DNA of 64,000 nucleotides, from the NCBI GenBank assembly GCA_963514005.1, contig OY740789.1, positions 13,206,001 through 13,270,000 on the forward strand, given 5' to 3'. The notes below the pieces were generated by a model that was not told the origin of the DNA, did not search any database, and saw only the letters and a program-made list of their open reading frames with translations. Source of the DNA: Raja brachyura (lineage: Eukaryota). Positions within the stretch are counted from its first letter, which is position 1; each line of letters begins with the position of its first letter. The position numbers and the translations under genes are program-made. Of the stretch, positions 1 to 12,700 are shown one piece after another.

Positions 1-687
1 TTGGATGGAATATTCAGATGTTTTGATTAGGTTGGACAAGGCAGAGAAGATTTACTAGATTCTAGAGCCAAAGCCTCTGAGTCATCATACACAGGAGGAA
101 TTGGAACCCTTGACATTTAAAGGGGTTTAAAGTCATACAGTATGGAAACAAGCCCATCGGCCAACGTGATCATGCTGATCCCACCTGCCTGCATTTGGCC
201 AATGTCTTGCAGACGTTTTATATCCATGTACCTGTCCAAATGTCTTTTGAAGGGTTGTTATTGTACCTGCCTCTGGTACCTCCTCTGGCAGCTTGTTCCA
301 TATATCCACCATCCTCTGTGTGAAAAGGTTGCCCCTCGGGTTCCTATCTTTCCCCTCTCACCTTAAACTTATGAGTTTCTGTAAGAAACATACTTCTTAA
401 CAACGAGGCAAATGTTGGGCACTGAAACATTGATGGAACTAGAAATTGTATGATTATATTGATGCAATTGATGCATTGATTGTAGTTTCCACAAAGAGAG
501 AACGTGTATTAAGTGTTTTGAATATATTCTGTTCAAAATATTGTTTGACTTCCAAACAGAATAATGTATTCAAACTCTTTAAAAATTAAATTAAAAGAAA
601 ACATGTTAGAATGTACACCATGTGAAAATCTGTGTATTCTAAAATTAAAGTCTCATATTGATCGTTCTGGCTTTACATCTATTTCAG

Positions 688-768
688 TCAACATCAGCAA
701 GCACTGTGGCAGCATCTGGTGACAAAAAGGCAAATGATTACTCCCTAGCAATAAATGGATCTTATCAA
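688..768 (+). CDS. YLPM1: Candidate YLPM1 81-nt exon (STSASTVAASGDKKANDYSLAINGSYQ)
   Basis: tttcag acceptor, CAA|gtaagt donor, open frame, phase 0-0 compatible with the next exon. No conserved motif recognised. Confidence 0.6.
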
Positions 769-3700
769 GTAAGTATGAGGCAAATCATCGTTTTTGATAA
801 GGTGTTTGCGTGTTACTACTGAGAACGAGACACCTGGCCAATTTAAGGTTAGAGCCTATTAACCTACCTACCAGCACAGCTTGGCGTGCAGGAGGAAACT
901 GGAGCGCCTAAAGGAAACCCATGTAGTCACAGGAAGAAATTGTCATCTCCCAGCAGACAGCACTACATTACGGGATCGAATCTCGATCTGTGGAACTGTG
1001 AGGCAGCAGTGCTAATTGCTGCACCTCAGTTGAGGAATTCATGAACATAATATGTGATAATTTAGGTTTTTATAATGTTAAACATAGGCCCAAATAGTTG
1101 CAGATATACCATACAAGACTCAAAGACAACATTTGCGTCGTTGGGTTGTATAGCACTTCGGCCCACTATGTCCATAATGCCCATTGCACCTGCCTAAACT
1201 AATTGAATTTACCCACACTAGGTCCGTCTCCTATGTCTTGGCGATTTAAATACATGTCTTGATGCTTCTTAAAAGACAGGAAAGTATTTGCTTTCAACAC
1301 CTCTCCAAGAAGTACAACCCAAACTCCCACTTATGTGTCAACAAAATTCCCCTTCGAATCATCTGATGTCTAAAACCTTTGCCCTCTTGTTTTAGATTCT
1401 CCCACAATGGGATGAGGATCCACCTTATTCCCCGTTATAATTTTGTGTACCTCCATCAGGTCTCCCTTCAGCCATGTCCTTTCCAGAAAAAGCAAATCTA
1501 TCTAATTTCTTCTTGCAATTTAAATGCTTCTGTCCACGCAACATCCTGGTGAATCTTCCATGTATCCTCTTCAGTAGCATTTCATCCTTCCTATATTGTG
1601 ATGGCCAGAATTGCACACAGTATTCCAAGCATGGCCTAACCAATGTTTTGTAAAGTTGTAATATGACGACCCAGCTCTTACATTCTATGACGCTGGCGAT
1701 GAAGGCAAGCATCCCATGTGCCTTCTTCACCATGTCTGACACACCAGTGCCTCTCTATTAGTTTAGTTTAGATATATAAAGTGAAAATTGGCCCTTCTGC
1801 CCATTGAGTCCGCACCGAACAACGATCACTGGTACACTAGTTCTGTCCCACACGCTAGACAATTTATAGAAGCCAATTAACTTACAAACCTGCACATCTT
1901 TGGAATGTGGGAGGAAACCAGAACAGAGATTAATGTGTACCCTCTGCATTCTGCAGCAGCAGCAACAACAATATTGGTATCAACAGCATCTGCAGAACCT
2001 ACAGAAGCATGGAAGCAAACAGTATGGAGGTCAGCAAGAACAGAGCCAGAGTGCAGAAATGAATCCGGTTAGCGATTCAGCACAGCAGGCACCTGCAGAG
2101 GACAAGGATTGTTATGCCACACAGCCACCATTGCCACCAGCTCCACCTTATGAAGTAACCAAAACGCAGCCACCACCTCCGCCTCCCAAAGAAGAGATGC
2201 CCCCACCTCCACCGCCTGAAGAAGCAAAGGTAGACAAATCACTTTTGTGTGTTTCATAGAATTTTGCATGTGCTGTGACATACAAGCTTGAAGGAAATAT
2301 TTAAAGCTGTTAGATTTAGAAAGAGTAGATTTCTTGTTCCAGCTAATAAACTCAAGGAAATAAGTAATATTAGACTATGTGGGGCCCATTGGATCCCTGT
2401 CACACAAGAGGCTTGGTCCCATAATGCATTATTCCAAGCCCCCAACTGCACAGGTGCAGCTTATTTCCCCTCATCCTTAGAACTCTCTCCCCTCCTCTTC
2501 ACCCTCCCTCTTCTTTCCCCTTCTCTTCCCCAATTCTCCCTCAACTCTCTCCCTCATTTCCCCTACCATCAGTCACTCCCTCCCTCCATAACTCCCCTCC
2601 CTACCCCCATCCTATCCCTCTACCCCCCACTCCTCACCTCCCCCCCCCCCACTGCCCTCCTCTCCCACTATTCCACACTCCCGACCTCCCCCACTCCCCC
2701 ATCTCTCCCTCTATTCACCCTCCTCCCCCACTCTCCCTCCTCACCTCCTCCCTCTTCTTTTCCCTCTCCTCATACCCTCCCCCAATCCCTCCCTCAACTC
2801 TCCTTTTCCCTACCCTCAGTCACTCCGTCCCTCCCTCCATAGCTCCTCTCCCTTCCCTACTCCCCTCCTCTCCCTCTATCCCTTCTCCTCCCCCACACTC
2901 CCTCCTTGCCTCCCCAGGATCTCGAGGTTCCCACTCCTCTCCCCTCTTGCGTGCCCAGAAGGAGCATCAGCCGTTGGTGCCCTTAGAGCCAGGCCTCGGA
3001 TCCTCAGCTCGGTCCGGAAGCACCCGCAGCTATGGCCGCGCCAGCGGGCGTGGGGGGGGGGAGAGAGCTCGGAGAAAAGCTGGGGTAGAGCCAGCGAGGG
3101 GGACCAGAGGGGAAGTGGCTGGAGCTATGGGGCGTTGCGATGGTGGTGTTTGGGACTCACAGCGGGTGCTGGACGCTCTCCTCCGCCGGGATAAGACTCT
3201 CCTCTTTCCATTTGGCGACATCTCCGACTCCGCACTGGGCAGGGCCGCTTCCGGCCCCTCCAAAAATTGTGCCGGTTGGAGACCTCGGCCGGTCATCCTC
3301 AGAGTCCTTCAGCTCCAGTAAAGATGCGATCGTGCAGGAAGGGGCGGACCGTCCCGGGGAGTGACAGGAGAAGAGACCAATCCGAGCAGCACTGACTGGC
3401 AGGAGAGGAGATCGATCTGCGCAGGCGCGGTTTTTACGATTTTTTTAAACCTTGCTAACTTTTACAATATACTACCGACCGGAACGAAACTTGTTGCACT
3501 CGCAGCACATGAGAACGTTCCGGAGTGAGCTGACAAAAAAATGTAGCGCTATCGGGTACCATTTCTGCGCAAATAGAAAAACCGCGCAAACCAGAAGAGC
3601 ACAAGATCATAGTTTTATTTATGTGTAGATAGATAACTTGATTGCATTATAGATAGTTAACTTGATTGCATTGAATCTTTACTTTGTCTGCAGTTTGCAT

Positions 3701-6700
3701 GTCCAGGTAGCCTGCTTGTCCTAATGTTCTGCTCTTCATTGAGAATACCAGGTTTTACTACGGCATCGGGTGGTGCCGCGAGCGGTAGCCTCGTCAGCAG
3801 CCCATCTGTCCTTACCACTTTTTTGTTATTTTTATATCTAAATTTATGTTTTAATGTGTCTCGGTATATCTGATCGGGGGGGGGGATAGGGGGAAACCAT
3901 TTCCAGTCACTTACACTTAAAAATGGGATCTTTGGTGTAACAGTGCTGGCAGGGGGCTGGGAAGCCTTTGCAAGTAATTCTCTGGTTAAAATTTGGATAA
4001 TGAAAAATAGATCTTAGTGTGTGGAAGTCATTTGTCTCCCTTCCAACTTGGTGTGATGAACCAAAATCTATCACAGTCATAGATCCATCCCTGGCGGGCA
4101 CAGTGGTGCAGGTTTTGTTTGTAAATGACGGGAGGATCAGCAGTCAGAAAGATTCCCATTTGCAGGTTGATGGATGTTTCTGCTATGGCCAACCATGTCA
4201 AAGCCAAGCCTACGTCTCTTTGAGAAGAATGAAAAGGGTTAGATTATTTTTACCTCCGTCACATTGACGCATGATGGCGCAGCGGTTGAGTTTCTGCTTT
4301 ACAGCACCAGAGACCCGGGTTCGATCCCGACTACGGATGCTATCTGTACAGACTTTGTACGTTCTCCCCGTGACCTGCGTGAGCTTTTTCATAGATCTTC
4401 GGTTTCCACACACACTCCAAAGACGCATAGGTTTGTAGATTAATTGGGTTGGTGTATGTGTAAATTGTCCCTGGTGTGTGTAGGATAGTGTTAATGTGTG
4501 GAGATCGCTGGTCGGTGCGGACTTGGTGGGCCGAAGGGCCTGTTTCCGCGCTGTATCTCTAAACTAAACATTGGATGCCGTTTGTGACTGAGATGAGGGC
4601 AGTTTTGGTACTGTAGCAATTTAAACAAGGATTTCCAGAATGATGAGCACATCCTGGGAGGTGACAACACACTTAAACTAAAACTGAAAATGCATTTTCA
4701 GAATTTTGGAATGAAAGATTGTAGATGAGGTAGAAGTTAGAAAAGGTGAGCAGGTCAAGTTTATGAGTATTGATAAAGTTGGCTTTTTAAGATTTTGAGG
4801 AAAGAATAGTTTTCTTATTTTAAAGTGAGAATATTTGTAGCACGTTAAACGTAATCTGTGCCATATTGTCTGAGTTCTCTTACATTGTGATGTTTGAGTT
4901 GTATCATTTTGGGGCATATCAAGCTTTTTGTCCAACAATTTAGTTAATTTACAAGCATATATGAACTTGGCATATATGACAAAAGAAATGTGATGATCAT
5001 TTGCTTTAACAAAGTAATGTACAATCTCAAAAGACTTATTTCAGATTTTTGTAATCATATTGTGATTTTTTTTCTTAGCCTACCATTCAACCTCCAGAAA
5101 ATCCAGAGGAAGCGGAGAGAATGAAAATGTTGCAAGCAGCAGCCGCTCAATGGCAGCAACAACGCATTGAGTATCAGCAGCAAACCATGATGCAACAACA
5201 TAATCAACTTCAACAACTGCTGCAACAGTACCAGCTTCTAATGCAGCAAATCCATCACATACAGGTTAGTGCCCATCTGTTGGTTGGGAATATTGTGGAG
5301 AGCTTTTGTGTGTAAGCCTAACTTTTATCCAAGCAAGCACAATGGTGCTTTCGGAAAGATGTTGCCAAGCTTGAAAGATTTCAGAGAAGAATTACCAGGA
5401 TGTTGCTAGGACTTGAGGGATTGAGCTTTAGGGAGTGGTTGAGCAGGCTAGGGCTTTATTCCTTGAAGCGCAGGAGGATAAGGTAGGTATGTTGTAAAAC
5501 TGCGCTGCAGTTCTGCCGCTCTCCGTGTGCGCGACTTTGGCGCCTTTCAGAGGGGGGTGGGCTTAAAGTGCCGTTTTTCAACAGACCTGGAAAATTGATG
5601 AATGTCGGGCGATTTTGTTGCGGAAGAAAAATCGCTCCGACTTTTCATGAATGAAGGTATTTTTAAATTACTCTAAATTATTTATTAACTAGAGTAATTT
5701 AAAAATCACCTTCAAAAGCCGTGAGCACTGACAACCGGAAGGATTTTGTGTAGGGGAGAAGAAAAGGTAAATAGTTTATTTTTATATTAAAAGTTGGTTT
5801 TTCGGGAGGCTTTAATAATATTTTCATGTTGCGAAATGGGGTCCCAAAAAATGTATGAACAAACAATATTTTTCCTCCCGACTTCACCGCTAACTGCAAC
5901 GTTCCAATCTACCGCATTCCACTAAAACCCACTCGCTAGTTGATTTAAATGGCCATTAATTTACAGGAATCAAATACTAAATTCCTTCCATTTGGCCCAG
6001 AAATTCATGAAAATGAGATTTAAAAATTATGTTTTATTGTGTGAATGTTATTTGGAGACTTAGGCAATTTAAAAAAAGTTTATCTTTTCTTCAGAAATGG
6101 ATAGATGTTTAGATCTACTCATTGAATTTTGTAATTAACTACAATTAGATAACTAACTAATTATATGCTTTAATTTCAGGTCATCCAAGTAAGATTGTTT
6201 CATATTTGTTTCAGAATGCTTCAATCTATAATAACTGAAAATTTCATTGAGTTCTCTTAGTTTTTAAGAAAGTTATGGGCTTTTAACTTTTCCAGATCAC
6301 AGCTTTTGAGTTAAGTCAATTGAAAGGCAATGGGGAACAAGATGCTAATTTCCGAGTATGAAAATGGCCATAACTTTCTTAATACTGAAGATATGAAAGT
6401 AAATTAGGTGTCAAATTAAACTTCTTTTTATGCTTTATCTGATGGGATAAATTGCAGACTTGATTTTTTAAATCTCAAAATTTTGTAACATTGCTAGATG
6501 AGGGATGATCTTCTAGAGGTGTAAAAGAATCATGGGAGGAATAGATCAGGTAAACGCACGGAGTCATTAGCCCAGTAGGAGAATTGAGAACGAGGGGACG
6601 TGGGTTTAAGGTGAGTTAATGGGAATCTGAGGAGTATCTTTTTTACACAAAGGGTGATTGGTGGGTGTAAGGAAAAAGCTGTTGGATGAGGGAGCGAGGC

Positions 6701-9700
6701 AGGTTTAAGAAATGTTTAGATGGGTACATGGATCAGATAGGTTAAGATGGATACGGGCCAAAGGCAGGCATGTGGGATAAGTGTAGATAGGGCATGTTAG
6801 TCGGTGTAAGCAAGTTGGGCCAAACGGCCTGATTTCATGCTGTAGGACTATATCTCAGTGTGATGTAAAGGAAATTGGTTGGTTTGGAAAATACAGTAAT
6901 ATTTTAATTTAGTAGAAATACCAGGTTTAATCCTGAACATTTCTAATTGATATTAATGGCTCACTAAGTAGTCATACGGCACTGAATTGGCCCCTTTTGC
7001 CCAGCTTGTCCATGCTGACGAAAGTGCTTAACTAGGAAAGTCACATTTGCCTGCATTAGCCTATCTCTTACCCATGCAAATGTTGTTTTAAATGTTGTTA
7101 TATTACCCACTTACACCAATTCCTCTGGCAGCTTGTTCCAGATATGTTTGCCATACAAATTGTTGCAGTACAAATTTCTTTACTTTTGCAAGTTATCTTG
7201 GTTTTAGATTTCTTGCATTCGCCAACGGTTATAATCTAGACTACCTGTCAAATGGCAACATTGTGTTTAAGTGAAGACACAAAATCAGCATTGTTAAGTG
7301 AACATGAAAGTAATGCAGAGAATCGGCAAGGATATGCTATAATGGGTTTCTTTTTCTTTAGTCATTGCCTCTGGAAATGCAGCTGAGACACTTAGAGATG
7401 CAGCAACAGCAGTTCATCCCTCTGTATCAAGAATGGCAGCGACAGTTCCAGATTTGGAAGGCCCAGCTGCAAGTCTATCCTAACAAGGATCAACTCCAAC
7501 AGTATGAAACTCAGTGGAACCAGTGGCAAGAGCAAATGGTATCAACAAACCATCACTTCCAAGAAAGAATGGATGCTCTGAGAAATGTTCAACAGCAGTA
7601 CATGAACACTCAACCCCCAAATTACCTGGACAATACATCAAGAGGATTGATGTCTCAAACTCTGCCGATGCCTCCAGTGCCACCCATGGGGATGCCTCCT
7701 GCAACACCATTAACTGGTTCTTCTACTCAAGGAACAACAAGTTCACCCGCAATCTCAGTTTCTTCAGATGAGAAAAGTCCACCAATTTCCCAAACCCCTA
7801 CAACGGTGTCTCAGGCTCCTCCTTCCATGTCTCAGGCTCCTCCTTCCATGTCTCAGGCTCCTCCTTCCATGTCTCAGGCTCCTCCTTCCATGTCCCAGGC
7901 TCCTCCTTCTCTCATGTCTCAGGCCCCTCCACTGATATCTCAAGCCCCACCACCAGTGACTCAAGGCCCTCCACCAGCAACTCGGATGCCTCTGCCAATG
8001 TCTCTAATGCCTCCACTGATGTCAGGCCCACCACCGCCGTTGACTCTGCCGCCTTCCTTAATGGCTCTGCTGCCCCCGCCAATGAGCATGCCACCTCCTC
8101 CTCTGGCTCCTCCACCAATGTCTATGGCACCACCGCCGATTTCTCAAGCCCCCCCTCTGCTGACCACTCCGCCGCCATCGCAGGCACCGCCACTGATGAC
8201 TCGACCTCCTCCACCTGTGACTCTGACCGCTTCTTCAATGCCGCAAGCGTCTACACCATTATCTCAAAGTTCACCTGCTGTTGCAGAGCAGAAGAGACCC
8301 TTGATTCCAACACCACATGACGAAGTCAAGGTGTCATCTTCAGTTTCAACACCACGCTATAGTCGATTTGGGCAATACGGGAAGCCACCAGAACAGCCCC
8401 AAAGTGGTCTGCAATTTGAAGACCTTGAAGCTCCAAGGTAATTAAAAATAGTAACAATATGTTAAAACATGTTGTTGTGTTATGTATGGAGGCGTGCCAT
8501 CCAATTTGTACCTCTTTTCTTCCCTTTTGTGCTGTATTTATGCACACTTTATTAGCTGTTGATCTGAAAATACTACTTAGCTCAATAATTGATTGGTTCT
8601 GTTTTTTTTTGACAAAATGGGGGAAAATATCCGATTATAGAGCAACTCTTGTGTTCTATCAGATTTGAAAGCAATTTAAGCATTTAGGTTGCTCCAGAAT
8701 TTCAACTAAATTTATTTTTATTTTTTTTCATAAGGTAACATAGGCGTGCCTGTAATATTGTGTCTGAATACTTTTGTGATGTAAATGTGAAACGAGGCAA
8801 TCAAAGATGTATACTTTAGCTTTCATTCAGGGACGTGCCGTTGTAGCGTGGCCAGGCAGTATCTCTGGAGAGATGAAGTCAACGATTCATCCCTCCTCTC
8901 CAGAGATGCTGCCCGTCCCGCTGAGTTGCTCCCACATTTTGTGTCTACCTTCAATTTAAACCAGCATCTGCAGGTCTTTCCTACAAATTCTTTCTTAAAA
9001 CTAGTTTGGAGTGAATTAGTTGACTATCCAAAGATTAATTTCATAATTGGCTTTTGTTTTTTTTGTAATCACCAATTGCTGGTGTGTGGAGAGTAACCTG
9101 TATAAACTGCTTTTTAGCTCGGGGACATTTTTTTATTTTAGCAAATTTGAGAAATTGGAAGAAGACATTTTAATATATTAGATATTTTATTGGTTTAGGG
9201 AAGCAACAAGCGCTCTGGTAGACATTAGCAGAAGTTTTGTTTTGTGTTGATATTCAGCATGCAGGCATTCCTAGGTTATGAATGCCCAACCTATGGATGT
9301 TCCATACATATGAACAAACTTTCATAAATATTATTAAATTCAAACAAGAACATCTTGGGAGAAAAGATGGTTTACCTCTAACTACCATGCAGTAATCAGA
9401 TACCATTGAGTCTTCAGAAATGTGCAACACTAGAGAGTGTGAGTGGAAACGTTTAATGGATGGATTTTTACATGGAGTAGTGGGGGGGGTGGTTCTGGAG
9501 GCAGATATGATAGTGGCGTTTAAGAGGCTTTTAGATAAAGAGGCACATGGAAGTGTAGGGAATAGAGGGATATGGATTATGTACAGGCAGATAAGATCGC
9601 TTTTTTTCCACCAAAGGAGAAACAAGTTTCATAGATTGTGTCATGTCGTTATTAAATACAAAACATCTTAAAGTTCTTTAGGTCTTATGATCAAATATTT

Positions 9701-12700
9701 CCTTTTCATCAGTAGGTTTGATGGACCCCGTGGAAGAGGAAAACGCAAATTTGAAGAGTCAGGAGCAAGAGAAGGGTCTCGGTCGCGTTTTGATTCAAGA
9801 GGTCCTGCCTTTCAAGGTTATCGTTATGAGGGACTCCAAGCAAAATTTGAAGGGCAGGCTGTAGGCCTGCAGGTTGAGAGTGAGGCTGCTACACAATGCA
9901 CCAAGAATGAGGCTGCAGATCATCATGTTAAGGGTGAAATTAGAGTTGACAGTGTTGAAGGTTCATCTGGTGGGGCACAGGATGAAGAACAAGCTCCAGG
10001 TCATCAACCTGAGGCCAAGCAATCGAGGCAGGGTCCAGATAATGAACTCAAAACTCAGGATCCCAGTAGCTTCCTTGAAAAACAAGGGTTGCTTAAATGT
10101 CCTGAGGAGCAAGCGTCTGGAAGTCAACTTGCGAATGCTGAGAAGAAAGTTCTTGAAAAGCAGGATAGTTTCCTTCAGATGAAGGGAAATTCCTTTGAAA
10201 CACAGGGTCCTATTAATTGTCTGGAAAAACAGAGCGCTGGTAAACAACTTGAGAAGCAGGGTGATAGTTTTGAGGGCCAAGGTCCCAGTCGTTGTTTTGA
10301 CATGCAGGGTGTAAGCAATCGCATTGAAAGCCATGGTCCTGGTCTTCACTTTGAGACCCAAGGTCCTGGCAAAGTCATTGAAGGCCAAAAGCCCAGCAAT
10401 CAATTTGAAGGGCAGGTTCCTGGCAGTAACATTAAGAGTGAGGGTCCCGGCAGTCGTCTGGAAGGTCCAGGTCCTGGCAGTTGTCCTGAGAGTCTAGCTC
10501 CCAACATTGGCTCTGAGGGATATGGTCCCAGCCATCACTTCAAAGGGCAAGGGCAAAGGGGTTACGTTAAGGGCAATGGACCTGGCAATCGTTTTGATGC
10601 CCAGTGGCCTGACGGTCACTATGAGGGACAGGGCCGGGGTGGCCGCTTTGAACGCCAAGGTCCAGGTAGCGGCTTTAGCCACGTTGAGGGTCCAAGAGGC
10701 CCTTTTGAAGGCCCGGGAATGGGCAGTGGCTTTCAGGGTCCCAGTGGTCGGTTTGACAACCAGGGGAGAGGCCATTTTGAGGGCCCTGGTGGCCGCTTTG
10801 TGGGTCCAAGTGGTCCCTTTAAGGATCCAGACGGATACATTGAGGGTCAGGGAGGGATCTTTGAGAGTTCTGGCAGGTGGTGTGACGGTCCCGGAGGGAG
10901 ATTTGAGAGTCGGGGTGGGCGATTTGAGGGACGCGGCAGCCACCATGAGGGTCGAGGTGGGCGGTTTGAGGGTACAGATGCTAATTTTGATGTCCCAGGA
11001 GACCGTTTTGATGTCACGGGAGGGCGATTTGATAGCCCAGGTTCTGGTGGGTTTGAGGGTCCAGGTGGCCATTTTGAAGGCCACGGTCAGGGCGGTCACT
11101 CTGAGGGCCAAGGGCGTGGCGGTCACTTCGAGGGCCAGGGCAGGGGCGGTCATTTTGAAGGGCATGGGAGAGGCAGCCGCTATGTAAGCCAAGTTAGGGG
11201 TGGTCGCTTCGATGGCCTGGGGAGAGGCAGCCACTTTGAGGGCCAGGGGAGGGGTGGGCGCTTGGACAGCCAGGGACATGGCAGTTGCTTTGATGGCCTG
11301 GGGCGCGGTGGCCGCTACAAGAATCTTGGACGTGGCAGTCTTTTTGAGGGCCCGGGTTCAGGCAATAGATTTGAGGATCAGGGTTCTGGTGGTCGCTTTG
11401 GGGGCCAAGGTCCTGGGAAGTACTTTGAGGAACGGAATCCTGATAACTGCTTTGAGAATCAAGTTTACTTGGAAGGACAAGGTTCAGACCATCGTTTTGA
11501 GAATCAGGGTTCAGGAGTTAATCGCTTTGATGTGCCAAAGGCCGGTCGATTTGATGGTCCAAGAGGTGGATACTTTGAAGGACCAGGAGGCAATTGCTTT
11601 GAGGGACAGGGTAAAGGTAGCCGCTTTGAAGGGCAGGCTAAAGGCAATCGCTTTGAGAAGCATGGCCCAGGGCACCGTTTTGAGGGGTCAGGGCCACACT
11701 TTGAAGGACCAGGTGCAGCACAGCGATTTGATAGGCAGGTTCTAGGACAGCAATTTGAGGGACCTGGACAACGCACTGAGGGTTCTGCTGGACGACTTCA
11801 AGGGCCTGGATCACGGTTTGATGGACCACAGGGTCCAAGATCAAGTGATCCTCAAGGGCCTTCTCTCAGTGGATCTTCCGTACCCATCTCAAGATCAAAA
11901 GGACCTCAAGTTTCAGCTGGGCAAATTGGAAAAGATTTGAAAGGACTCCAATCTTCTCAGCTATCTTCAAAGCAAGATTCAGAACAGGTAAAACCTGTCG
12001 GAGATGTGAAGCTGGAAACTGCAGTAGAAGATAAGAATGTAAAACAAAGTATTGGTACCGTACCGCAGCCTTTATCTACCACTGTGCCGGCAGATAATAG
12101 TAATCCAGCCCACGCAATATTTGCTGGCACAGATCCCAAAGGTTCTGATTCTTTAGCTGGTAAAGATTTGTTGAAAACAAATGCTGATTTATCTAAATCA
12201 CATGAAATTCAGAAGAAAATGGACGGTTCTATTCCTTCAGTAACTGTAGGTCACGTCCAAAAAGGTCCAGTGACAATGTTGCCTTCAAATTCAGCATCTA
12301 CCACAAAGATCATATCTGAAAAACATGAACTAAAAACTGTAGAAACAGGAAAGAGATTTGAATCCACATTGTGTCAGAATAATGACCGAGAGAAAGGTCC
12401 AGAACACAGGCCACCGATTGGCACGGCGTATATGTCTATGCGCAAGGGGGACATTCCCAGTAACATTGATGGTCCAGAGATAAGACCATATCAAAAGACA
12501 GAAATGCAAGCACCTTGGCATCAAGAAGGAGGGAGACAAATGGATGATCGTTTCTCTGGTCCTAGAGGAGGTCCAGGGTATGAAAGAGAAAGAGCCACAT
12601 CCTGGGAAAGGAATAATTGGAGAGACACAGGCCCAGACATCTGGGATGAGCGAGATCCATTTAGGAGAGATGAACGTCCGCTTCTTCGCACTCCCGTGAA

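Noticed and set aside
2288-3364. Pro/Ser/Leu-rich and GC-rich ORFs
   Set aside because: Artefacts of the C/T tract and GC-rich core of a repeat element; not needed for the YLPM1 exon chain.
4270-4335. tRNA gene
   Set aside because: The A/B boxes belong to a SINE head; no complete cloverleaf.
4988-5045. TGATGA (C-box-like) motif upstream of an acceptor, possible intronic snoRNA
   Set aside because: No properly placed CTGA D box or terminal stem.
7807-7909. CRISPR-like periodicity
   Set aside because: Head-to-tail coding repeat with no spacers, in a eukaryotic gene.
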